Source: Promethearchaeia archaeon (GTDB taxonomy: Archaea; Asgardarchaeota; Lokiarchaeia; Sigyniarchaeales; SOKP01). From it: a DNA stretch of 34,024 nt. Position numbers and translations under genes: made by a program. The stretch is from positions 1 to 34,024 of the forward strand of contig JAHQWJ010000065.1 of assembly GCA_029856125.1 (NCBI GenBank). Direction: 5' to 3'. Shown one piece after another: positions 26,291 to 34,024 of this stretch. The first letter of the stretch is position 1. Every line of letters begins with the position of its first letter. The notes beneath the pieces were generated by a model. That model searched no databases and was not told the origin of the DNA. It worked only from the letters and a program-made list of their open reading frames with translations.

Positions 26291-28149
26291 ACTCTGTGAT
26301 CTTGTAAAAGACTTAAAACATAACGTTGTGTAATTAAATCTGAACTTACTTTTCCTAAAACCTTTCCGTCCTTAACAACTGGCATAGCAGAAATTTGATA
26401 TTGCTCTAATTCACGTACAATGTCCAACATCGTATAGTCTGGAGAGGCTGTAATAACATCCTTAGTCATAATTCTATCAAGTTTAACATCACAACTATTA
26501 GAGGAAACTGCTTCTGTTATATCCCAATCAGTTGCAACTCCTATAAGTTTACCTTCAGAGAGAACGGCAACTATACCACTATTTTTATCTATCATTAACT
26601 TTGCAGCATCTTGTATGCTACTATGCACATCTATAGTTGGAATCGAAACCAGTATATCTTTAGCAGTTCTTTGGCTTTCTTTTGCGGAAAGTCTTTGGAT
26701 GCTAACGCGCTGAGCAGCTGTACAAGGTAGCATGTCTGGGTTAGCTGCTAATAAATCAACTAGCTCAATCATGTTATGGTGAATAACATTTTCTCTATAT
26801 TCCTCTCCGGCTATTAGGCGTTGTCTCGATAGTTCAGTGAAGTCACCTTCGTGGCTCTTTAGCCATTTTTCAACTGCTTCCCTATTTCCTAACATTTCTT
26901 CCGGTATTTGAAGGTTTTCAGGTGTACTGATAATATGTTCTTGAGCAGCAAAGATTACTCCCCCCGAATTAACTAAATAATCGTTAGCTATCATTACGCC
27001 TTTCTCCCCATACACTATTTGTTCCATACGAGTTCTAGCTGCCTTTCTATTTGGATCTGGAGAGTATGTATTTGCCCCTTCAATAATTACGGACCATTTT
27101 CCCATTCGATCGACTAACATAGATGCCTTATCAGAAGAACGTACGCCTAAGTAATTAAATATTGGAGCAGCAGGCACCATACAGAAAGCGTTCTCAAGGA
27201 GCAAGTTATTAGCGTTTGTAGAAAATTTGGCCGGGTGTTTATATCCCTCGGGTGCAATCTTATCATTAAAATAGGTATTAGTAACTAAGCCAAAATTTTT
27301 CCACAAACCGAAAAGTTCTTCAATTGGAAGCCCATTTTCATTATATAAATAACCTTCTAAATCACTTATACCTATTACTTTAGCTTCAGAGATTCGTTCT
27401 TTTAGTATACGTGAAGCATGTGCTCCAACAGCTCCAAAACCTTGAATGATTACCGTAAGATCATTCTCTTCTGGTATTTCTAAATTAGCAAATTGAGGTA
27501 GAACTCTCAATCGTGGCAGAATTTTTAGCAAAGTTTGCAAAGCAATCACAACTCCTCCAGCTGCAGCCCCTAGTTCATCTATTCGATTACCACCCATATC
27601 AGCTGGTTTAGATACGGCGCTATCCAATCCATTTTCTATAGCAACTAATTTCATGTCAGCATCTTTAGTTCCAACATCCGGACCTGGAACATAAATATCT
27701 TTATATTTTCGTATCAAACGGGCAAAACCACTAACAATTTTGTCGTGTTCTTCATGAGAGATAGTCCACTCAGCCACAATACCAGATTTTCCACCCCCAT
27801 AAGGAAGATTAGCTGCTGCGTTTTTTAGGGTCATGCCTCGCGCTAAATTATGTATGTCAGCAGGGGTTATGTCTGGTAACATTCGAATTCCTCCCATAGA
27901 TGGCTTTCCCATAGAAAGGTTATCGACTACTAAATACCCACCAATTTCTAATTGTGAGCGCTCATCCCATATACAGGCTACAAGTTGAGGGCCGAGTCTA
28001 TCGCTTACTATTCCCAACCTTGATAAAAGATGCTCGTCAGCATTGGTAAATTCTAAATAACATCTCCCGTTATCTTTTTTAAGTCTATTTTTTAGAGTAA
28101 CTTCCGGAAGGTGCTCGCGAAGATAAATGTCCATCTTTTTTGGAATCAT
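26287..28149 (-). CDS. Glu/Leu/Phe/Val dehydrogenase family protein fused to a C-terminal CBS pair
   Basis: GGIRM, LARGMTLKNA, GGGKSG, PGPDVGT, QGFGAVG, IEGAN, DYLVNSGGV. The last roughly 125 aa form two CBS domains (IMTKDVITASPD...ISAMPVV). Confidence 0.9.
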   Translation of the reverse strand: MIPKKMDIYLREHLPEVTLKNRLKKDNGRCYLEFTNADEHLLSRLGIVSDRLGPQLVACIWDERSQLEIGGYLVVDNLSMGKPSMGGIRMLPDITPADIHNLARGMTLKNAAANLPYGGGKSGIVAEWTISHEEHDKIVSGFARLIRKYKDIYVPGPDVGTKDADMKLVAIENGLDSAVSKPADMGGNRIDELGAAAGGVVIALQTLLKILPRLRVLPQFANLEIPEENDLTVIIQGFGAVGAHASRILKERISEAKVIGISDLEGYLYNENGLPIEELFGLWKNFGLVTNTYFNDKIAPEGYKHPAKFSTNANNLLLENAFCMVPAAPIFNYLGVRSSDKASMLVDRMGKWSVIIEGANTYSPDPNRKAARTRMEQIVYGEKGVMIANDYLVNSGGVIFAAQEHIISTPENLQIPEEMLGNREAVEKWLKSHEGDFTELSRQRLIAGEEYRENVIHHNMIELVDLLAANPDMLPCTAAQRVSIQRLSAKESQRTAKDILVSIPTIDVHSSIQDAAKLMIDKNSGIVAVLSEGKLIGVATDWDITEAVSSNSCDVKLDRIMTKDVITASPDYTMLDIVRELEQYQISAMPVVKDGKVLGKVSSDLITQRYVLSLLQDHRV

Positions 28150-28276
28150 GATTTCTTTCCTTCTATTTTCTTATATTTATTTAAGATAGATTTTGAGGTA
28201 TATTTAATTTAGGATACTTTTACTTATATGGATTTTTTACTTAAGTACTTAATTTAAAATTAGATGACGAGGTAAA

Positions 28277-28573
28277 ATGAAAATGGTAACAATCATAGCG
28301 ATAGTTGAAGTAAAAGAAGGAAAAATGGAAGAAGCAAAAGAAGTTTTAAAAGAAATGGCTTTACAAGTAAAAGCGTCTGAACAAGGAACTTTAGAATATA
28401 TCCCTCACACCGTTAAAGGCAAGGATAACAAAAACAAAATCTTATTCTACGAAAAATATGAAAGTGGGGAAGCAATGAAAACCCATATGGCTAATTTAGC
28501 AAAGACCGGCGCAAAACTAACTCCATTATTAGTCCCCGGCATGGATTTAAAGACATGCTTCGAGATCATTTAA
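28277..28573 (+). CDS. Antibiotic biosynthesis monooxygenase (ABM/YgiN-like) family protein
   Basis: IIA-x-x-x-VK-x-GK...SEQGTLEY...FYEKYES..A..TH; GAGGT ribosome-binding site. Confidence 0.85.
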   Translation: MKMVTIIAIVEVKEGKMEEAKEVLKEMALQVKASEQGTLEYIPHTVKGKDNKNKILFYEKYESGEAMKTHMANLAKTGAKLTPLLVPGMDLKTCFEII

Positions 28574-28606
28574 AAAATGCACTCTCTCTTTTTTTTTCAT
28601 ATATTA

Positions 28607-30181
28607 TTATTCGTCTTGGATAAAAGGTTTACCAAGGTTTAGGCATAATTCCGCCTTAGCTAAAGTTCTTCCCACATAGTTTATATGTTGCAGGTTTGTG
28701 GTTAAATTTAATTCAAGAACCTTTTTGCTAAGTGTTTCAGCGTTATTTCCTATTAATGTTTTGAGGAGATTATTATCATTAGAAAAAAATAATACGTAGA
28801 TTTCTTTAGTATAATAATTCACATAAAACTTAAAGTATCCATTTTTGTCTGGTACGTAATCAAAAACAGATTCCTTGATAGTTATTGCGTTCGATGTATC
28901 AATTTCTGGAAGGGTTTGACTCGTCTTACCTTTAGCTTTAAATACGCTAATTCCGTGATTTATTGGAGGTGTTTTTTTAAATTTTGAGATATAATTTAGT
29001 TTTACGCTCTCTTTAAGTTCGGCTACTCCACCCATTAATTTAGTGCTATGCTCAACGGTAAATAATATCCCCATATCTAACTCAATTGCGATGCTTGCTA
29101 ACAACCCATTTATTCCCACTGAATCTATATCCATAAGTTCTACTACGTTTGAGATACCAAAGAATAGAGGTAATTCCAATTTCTTATTTTCTTCTTTTAA
29201 GACTTGCTTTTTATATAAGAAATATGCTTCCAAAGAATTGCAAATTCCTGGAACGATCGGAGTTTCTAATAATGGATCGGCAATTAATTTTTTAAACCCT
29301 TCCTGTCTCAATTCTTGCGTTAATTTAAACAAATTTTTAACTCTTACTTCTGGTTCTTTAGGGAAATAAGCGGACTTGATATTTGTTGGTAATATTACAA
29401 TAGGTATATTTTTGGGAATATTTAAGAAATCCTTATAATTTCCAAGATCTAAACTTAGGATAATGTCAATGCCTTCATCAACAGCAACCAATATTTCACT
29501 TTTTTCCATCGAATCAATGCTGATTAAGATATCAAAATTCTTTCGGATAAGATGAATTATTTCTTTTATTCTATCCAAATATGGTTTGTTTGCGACGCAT
29601 CCAATATCAATTATGTCAGCACCAGATTCTATGTAATGTTTTACTTTTCTAAGTATTGCTTGGTTATTCTTTTCTGGGCAATTAACTATTTCGGCAATAA
29701 TCGGAGGCGGAAGATTAGGCCCGATCATTAGATTGGAGGTTTTTTCATTTAAAATGAATGTATTGGAATCTATGTTATCTTTAGCAATTTCTAACTGTTC
29801 TTTTAGAATTCCTTCAAATTCTTGTTCGCTTGAGAGTTCCAATATTTTATTTGCGGGAGTAGAATTAGAGAGTTTAAGAGTATCTATGTGTTTCAAAACC
29901 ATAGGAAGATCTGAAGCAAACTCTGGACCTTTTCTTATTGCGATTGAATTTAATTCCTCTAATTTTTTAGTATCCCACTGTATAAATCCAGGGAGTAAAA
30001 TTAAATCATAGTCTTGAATAGTTATTTCTTTAATTATATTCTTAACTATGGTTTCTGAAATAAAGGCAGAAATTGTTACTGGAGCTTTATATACTTTTAT
30101 CTTGTGATCTTTAATAGGAGAAATAACTTTTTCTATAATTGGATAACTACTTTGACCAGTTATAATTAAAATGTTTTTAAT
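28607..30181 (-). CDS. Dihydropteroate synthase-like protein (archaeal methanopterin-pathway type), 524 aa, apparent ATT start
   Basis: Pterin-binding barrel (IIAEI, SGADIIDIG, ISIDS, IADP, PLFFGISNVVELMDIDS-x-G-x-N) and C-terminal D-x-x-GYF...H-x-x-Y-x-GR-x-L-x-KAE. The frame stays open 93 codons upstream of the track's ATG 29902 and encodes the family N-terminus (ILIITG...YDLILLPG...KGP....DLP). Confidence 0.85.
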   Translation of the reverse strand: MKNILIITGQSSYPIIEKVISPIKDHKIKVYKAPVTISAFISETIVKNIIKEITIQDYDLILLPGFIQWDTKKLEELNSIAIRKGPEFASDLPMVLKHIDTLKLSNSTPANKILELSSEQEFEGILKEQLEIAKDNIDSNTFILNEKTSNLMIGPNLPPPIIAEIVNCPEKNNQAILRKVKHYIESGADIIDIGCVANKPYLDRIKEIIHLIRKNFDILISIDSMEKSEILVAVDEGIDIILSLDLGNYKDFLNIPKNIPIVILPTNIKSAYFPKEPEVRVKNLFKLTQELRQEGFKKLIADPLLETPIVPGICNSLEAYFLYKKQVLKEENKKLELPLFFGISNVVELMDIDSVGINGLLASIAIELDMGILFTVEHSTKLMGGVAELKESVKLNYISKFKKTPPINHGISVFKAKGKTSQTLPEIDTSNAITIKESVFDYVPDKNGYFKFYVNYYTKEIYVLFFSNDNNLLKTLIGNNAETLSKKVLELNLTTNLQHINYVGRTLAKAELCLNLGKPFIQDE

Positions 30182-31268
30182 TTAAATCACTCAATAATTT
30201 GTTTTTATCAAAAGAAATGTATATATCGTCTAAAACTGAACCCTTAGCTTCTTTAATTTTCAGATTATTTACGATAGGCCCAAATTCTCCCCCAAGAAGT
30301 CCATTAGCAATAAAAGCTGCTCCTTGAGCTGCGTGTTTTGAAATGCTACCATAGTTTTGCATCATTTCAACGGTAAAGAAACCTTCTAAACTGTTAGTAA
30401 TTTCGTCTTTAATAACGTGATTATCTGCACCTCGTCCAGCTAATAGAATCTCAGTTATTTGATCTTTATTCGAAAAAGAGGATGATATAGCATAAATTGC
30501 CTTGATTAAGTCTGATATGTAAGCGTGAAAAGCCAACTTCGTTTGGTGGTCATTATTAACTAATTTTGTAAATTGGTTTAAGGTTAAATCTTTATGCCCT
30601 GAAATTGAGGACAATCCTCCTCCATATATGATGTTTTTCTTAATATTTTTAATTAAATAAGCTAATTCTCCATCGAGACTTCCGCAAGCTCTAAAACCCA
30701 TAATGTTAGAACCCCCAATCCCATCGATCACTTGCCCGTTTTCTATTGCTAAAACTGCTGTGAAACCAAATCCAAGTTCAACCATAATGAAATTAGTGTT
30801 TATAGGTTGTATTTTTAAACGGTCTATTTGATCTCTAATTCCCGTAACGACAGTACAAAGCTTATCTGCCGTTCCCATATCGATTTTGTTTATTTTCCGA
30901 TATCGAGGGATTGTAGGTAGATGTTTAACTCCCGGAACAATGATTCCAGGAAGATTTTCTGCTTTCATTAAGCGAAGAACTTCCCCTAATCCTACTAATT
31001 GTTCCCTCTCCTTCTTGTCAAATTTTAGAAGTGTTAAAAAAATATCTTTTTCGGTAATATCCTTAACATTTTTTAGCGGTAATCCAAAACCGCTTGGTGC
31101 TACGATTAAATCAAGATTTTTTAATGATTTTATGATCGAAATCGCTTTTAAAGGTTCTTCTATCACTTCTTTTGTAGAAATTGAAATATCTAAGATAACT
31201 TGCTTACCTTTTAAAGCGAAAAAATCCCAGGTTAATGAGCCAGGGTCGATTCCTAATACCTTAATCAA
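30177..31268 (-). CDS. DUF1464 family ASKHA-superfamily protein (predicted butyrate-kinase-like)
   Basis: VLGIDPGS, APSGFGLP, PGV-x-HLPT-x-P-x-x-RK-x-N-x-IDMGTADK, VELGFGFTA, DG-x-GG, LDGELAY, K-x-AAQGAA-x-IANGL. Confidence 0.85.
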   Translation of the reverse strand: MIKVLGIDPGSLTWDFFALKGKQVILDISISTKEVIEEPLKAISIIKSLKNLDLIVAPSGFGLPLKNVKDITEKDIFLTLLKFDKKEREQLVGLGEVLRLMKAENLPGIIVPGVKHLPTIPRYRKINKIDMGTADKLCTVVTGIRDQIDRLKIQPINTNFIMVELGFGFTAVLAIENGQVIDGIGGSNIMGFRACGSLDGELAYLIKNIKKNIIYGGGLSSISGHKDLTLNQFTKLVNNDHQTKLAFHAYISDLIKAIYAISSSFSNKDQITEILLAGRGADNHVIKDEITNSLEGFFTVEMMQNYGSISKHAAQGAAFIANGLLGGEFGPIVNNLKIKEAKGSVLDDIYISFDKNKLLSDLN

Positions 31269-31394
31269 TGAAAATCAAGCTCTAGTTGTTTTGCTTATAA
31301 TTAAAGTTCAACAATTCTTTTTATTTTTATTAATTTTTAATGCTTCTTGTTCGAGATATAAATATGATTAAATTTTTATAAAATATTAAAGAGC

Positions 31395-32162
31395 TTGGAT
31401 ATATTCTTACTTATAATGTCCACCAATTTTCAAGTAGACCTTACATCTATAGGTCTGAAAAGGAATTATTTATATGAAGTTTTAGCTACAACATATTCTT
31501 TAAAGAATAATAAAATAGTTCCAAACACTGCCGCAATGGGTATAAGGTTGTTGGAAAATAATACTATAAAAATTTGGCCCTTCCCAAATACGACTACATA
31601 TAAAAATCTCGACAGCACTAAATTAATTATTTTAAATTTTGTTGACGACATCTTTCTATATGCTATAGCGTCTTTAAAAGGTAATTATAATTCTAGCAAT
31701 ATTGAAACTTCGGAACAATATTATAGTTATTTTCCATTTGAGGTGAAAAACGAGCATAAAGCAATTTTTAAAGGAATTTCACCGGATAATTTAATTAATT
31801 TGCCATATTTAAATCAAGCCTGGGCGATTATCTCATGCGTAGCAACGAATAAAAATCAAACCGTAAAGAGAGATAGTTTAGGACAGGTGGAGTTAGTTGA
31901 AATAAGTTTATCTGCAATTTTTTACGAAAAATTTAAAGAATCATTTAAGCTATATAATAGAGCAGAAAATCTAACCTTGGAAACTATCATTTTAGCTACA
32001 AAATTGTATGTCGCCAAAGAAAAAAAAGATAAAGCCTTATTCAATAAGATTAAGCTTAAAATTGAAGAAAATATCAATGATATACTAAGATTTGGAAAAA
32101 ACGCAAGCGCTTTGAAAACAATTGAATATGTTAAGGACTACGTTAGTATGTTAAGGATTTAG
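31395..32162 (+). CDS. DUF447 family protein (split-barrel, associated with tetrahydromethanopterin gene clusters)
   Basis: YEVLATT...PNTAAMGI...TTTYKNL...LNFVDD...NRAENLTLETIILAT. Start may be ATG 31416. Confidence 0.78.
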   Translation: MDIFLLIMSTNFQVDLTSIGLKRNYLYEVLATTYSLKNNKIVPNTAAMGIRLLENNTIKIWPFPNTTTYKNLDSTKLIILNFVDDIFLYAIASLKGNYNSSNIETSEQYYSYFPFEVKNEHKAIFKGISPDNLINLPYLNQAWAIISCVATNKNQTVKRDSLGQVELVEISLSAIFYEKFKESFKLYNRAENLTLETIILATKLYVAKEKKDKALFNKIKLKIEENINDILRFGKNASALKTIEYVKDYVSMLRI

Positions 32163-32554
32163 GCTTTGTTTGATATTTTCTCAATAAACATCAACGGGTA
32201 TTTGAGTTCTTCAATCCATTCTACTTTTGCTATAATTTCTACAGATTTGAACTCCAGAACAACTTTAGCTTCAATATGTTTTCCGGTAATTTCATCGTAT
32301 TCAAATTCAGAAGACTTATCTCCCTGAATTTGTTTACGATTAATATTAACTTTAACAAATTTAACATATGGTTGGCATGAAATGGACGCTTCGATACCTT
32401 TTTCAATAGAATCAATAATACTAGAATTCGAGGAAATTGGCATCCCACATAAAATATGATAAAGAGCTCCTAACTTTATACCAATTTCAAAGCACGCTCT
32501 TTCTCCATCACTTAAATTAGGAGGAAAATAAGAGTTTTCTTTATTATCAGACAT
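32159..32554 (-). CDS. mptD: Archaeal dihydroneopterin aldolase
   Basis: LSD-x-ERACFE-x-GIKLGALYH, IE-x-x-IE-x-SI-x-x-QPYV, terminal ELKYPLMFI; coupled (TAATG) to the RFA-P synthase gene. Confidence 0.88.
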   Translation of the reverse strand: MSDNKENSYFPPNLSDGERACFEIGIKLGALYHILCGMPISSNSSIIDSIEKGIEASISCQPYVKFVKVNINRKQIQGDKSSEFEYDEITGKHIEAKVVLEFKSVEIIAKVEWIEELKYPLMFIEKISNKA

Positions 32555-33570
32555 TAAAATTCATCTACAATTTCTATTTTTGCTCCGTGATTATTAGGTT
32601 TGCATAGGTAAATGTGTCCTCCAAATCCGTTTACACGCCGCTGAGCGGCTTTTAAAAGGTCATTTGCTTCATCGTCAGATTCTACGATTCCTACGACGCT
32701 AGGCCCAAAGGAAGACATCCCGTAAGCTTTAATCCCATAGTCTTCAAAAAATGTTAGAACGTCTTTTACAATTTCATGTTGGAGAGAGATTTCAATTTTT
32801 TTAAACCCTATATTCTGTATTCTCTTTAGTCCTTCACCAAAGCTCACTAAATCTTTTCGAATAATTCCTGGAACTAATTTCATTAGAATTTGGTGCGATA
32901 CTTCGTTCACTTCCTCTCTTGGGATAGGAGCATGTTTCTGAAAAATACTAACTTCTTCGTCTCCATAGGCTCCTTTCTTTACATTTGGGATTACTAATAC
33001 AAATCTCCAGTGTTCAGGAATCTGGTATCGTAAAATAGTAAGCGCTGGATTAGCGGATTTTGAAGCTGAAGAAGGGAGAAAAGTTTCTTTTTCTTTACCT
33101 TTTCCAAATTCATGACCAGCATCAACAATAAAACCACCTTTTTCAAATCCTCTCCAACCAATTCCTGAAGTTCCGCCTCTATTTACGAGTTTTGTCAGTT
33201 CTTCTATAGAAATGTTATCAATATCTTTTAATTTAGTTATTGCTACTGCTATGGCTAATGAAAGTTGGGTTTTAGATCCTAATCCTACATGGTTTGGAAA
33301 GTATCTCTTTAATTTGAAGTGGAAGTTCTTATTATTTATGTTATATGCTTTGAAAACCTTTGAGGCTTGCTCATTAATGACTTCAATCGATTCGCGATAG
33401 TATTTATGAGCTTCAATTTTAAACTCTTCCGCATTATTAGAAGCTTCGAATATTACATTAGGTCTATCTAACATAAGACCGATCCCACCATCAACACGAC
33501 CAATATATCCGTTTTCATCGATTAAAGAAAGATGGATCCTACATGGCGTTGTAATTCTACATTTTACCAT
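32554..33570 (-). CDS. mptG: Beta-ribofuranosylaminobenzene 5'-phosphate (RFA-P) synthase, GHMP family
   Basis: TPCRIHLSLID-x-NG-x-x-GRVDGGIG, HVGLGSKTQ, RGGTSGIG, GGFIVDAGH, FLPSSAS, GMSSFGP, N-x-GA. Confidence 0.92.
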   Translation of the reverse strand: MVKCRITTPCRIHLSLIDENGYIGRVDGGIGLMLDRPNVIFEASNNAEEFKIEAHKYYRESIEVINEQASKVFKAYNINNKNFHFKLKRYFPNHVGLGSKTQLSLAIAVAITKLKDIDNISIEELTKLVNRGGTSGIGWRGFEKGGFIVDAGHEFGKGKEKETFLPSSASKSANPALTILRYQIPEHWRFVLVIPNVKKGAYGDEEVSIFQKHAPIPREEVNEVSHQILMKLVPGIIRKDLVSFGEGLKRIQNIGFKKIEISLQHEIVKDVLTFFEDYGIKAYGMSSFGPSVVGIVESDDEANDLLKAAQRRVNGFGGHIYLCKPNNHGAKIEIVDEF

Positions 33571-33664
33571 TTTGCTTCAAGATTATAAAAAAATTTGGAG
33601 CTATGGATAAGAATTTTTAAAATAATTTAAATATAATATAATTAAGATTTTAGTAATAATCGTT

Positions 33665-34024
33665 TTAGAAGCTTGTTAATATTAGAAATCCAAAATTGAT
33701 AACACCGCCAATCAGTAAGGCTATAAATATCTCTAAAAGAGATATCTGAATAGCATATTTCCAACTAGTGTGTTTTGCAAGAATAATAACAGTTGCAAAA
33801 CAGGGTACGTAAAGCATTGAAACCATCGAAAATACTATCATCTGAATTGGAGTTAATAATTCTAGAAGGGTAATATTTAAAGAATTAGCTAAAATCGACA
33901 AGAGAACCAAGGTTAACTCTTTCCTTAAAATTCCATATATTAAGAACACGCCAGTTATAGCTGGTAGCCCTAACCATAATACCGTGACAGGGCTCAAAAT
34001 AACATTTATCGGCTCTAAAGCGTT
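33665..34024 (-). CDS. feoB: Ferrous iron transporter FeoB, C-terminal membrane part (5' end outside the window)
   Basis: LIYGILRKE and VF-x-x-x-x-x-LYVPCFAT gate-domain motifs; the frame is open to the window edge. Confidence 0.82.
   Translation of the reverse strand, partial: NALEPINVILSPVTVLWLGLPAITGVFLIYGILRKELTLVLLSILANSLNITLLELLTPIQMIVFSMVSMLYVPCFATVIILAKHTSWKYAIQISLLEIFIALLIGGVINFGFLILTSF

Noticed and set aside
28607-29902. ORF-track call of a 431-aa protein
   Set aside because: N-terminally truncated; the conserved frame extends to 30181.
1715-33400. Short overlapping ORFs in the track (for example 1715..2074, 5380..5592, 6197..6502, 8087..8317, 8384..8599, 11636..12566, 14100..15081, 16792..16992, 17255..17743, 29043..30011, 30886..31371, 32239..32448, 33212..33400)
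   Set aside because: Antisense or alternate-frame shadows of well-supported genes, with Phe/Ser/Leu/Ile-rich composition and no motifs.
1-34024. tRNA, rRNA, CRISPR array, transposase, integrase or viral genes
   Set aside because: None recognised by eye; intergenic regions are short and AT-rich. A tRNAscan-SE/Infernal run would be needed to exclude small RNAs.

Overview
AT-rich archaeal chromosomal DNA, most consistent with an Asgard archaeon (Lokiarchaeia-like). The evidence is an archaeal-type AlaRS, FtsZ, EndoQ, GGTGA/GAGTGA ribosome-binding motifs and a eukaryote-like ubiquitin-conjugation cassette; this is an inference, as no database search was possible. Left third: NUDIX hydrolase (partial), metallophosphoesterase, two unannotated coupled micro-ORFs, alaS, ftsZ, and a minus-strand run of coiled-coil protein, nucleotidyltransferase, TPR protein and EndoQ. 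Centre (about 11.6-21.5 kb) is the most interesting part. It holds a five-gene operon: a ubiquitin-fold modifier ending in a single Gly (..IPASTAG-K), a UBA2/UBA3-like E1, an E2, a JAMM isopeptidase and a six-TM RING-like protein. Flanking it are a divergent winged-helix regulator, a membrane-anchored non-conjugatable copy of the same UBL, and a third pre-matured copy (..IPASIAG-stop); a 2-oxoacid dehydrogenase E1 alpha/beta pair sits between the copies. Right third: a pterin/flavin/F420 cofactor cluster (folE, amidohydrolase, RibG/ArfC-type reductase, cofG, cofH, a DHPS-like gene that appears to start at ATT, DUF1464, DUF447, mptD, mptG), an amino-acid dehydrogenase-CBS fusion and the 3' end of feoB. 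No rRNA, tRNA, CRISPR array or mobile element was recognised.
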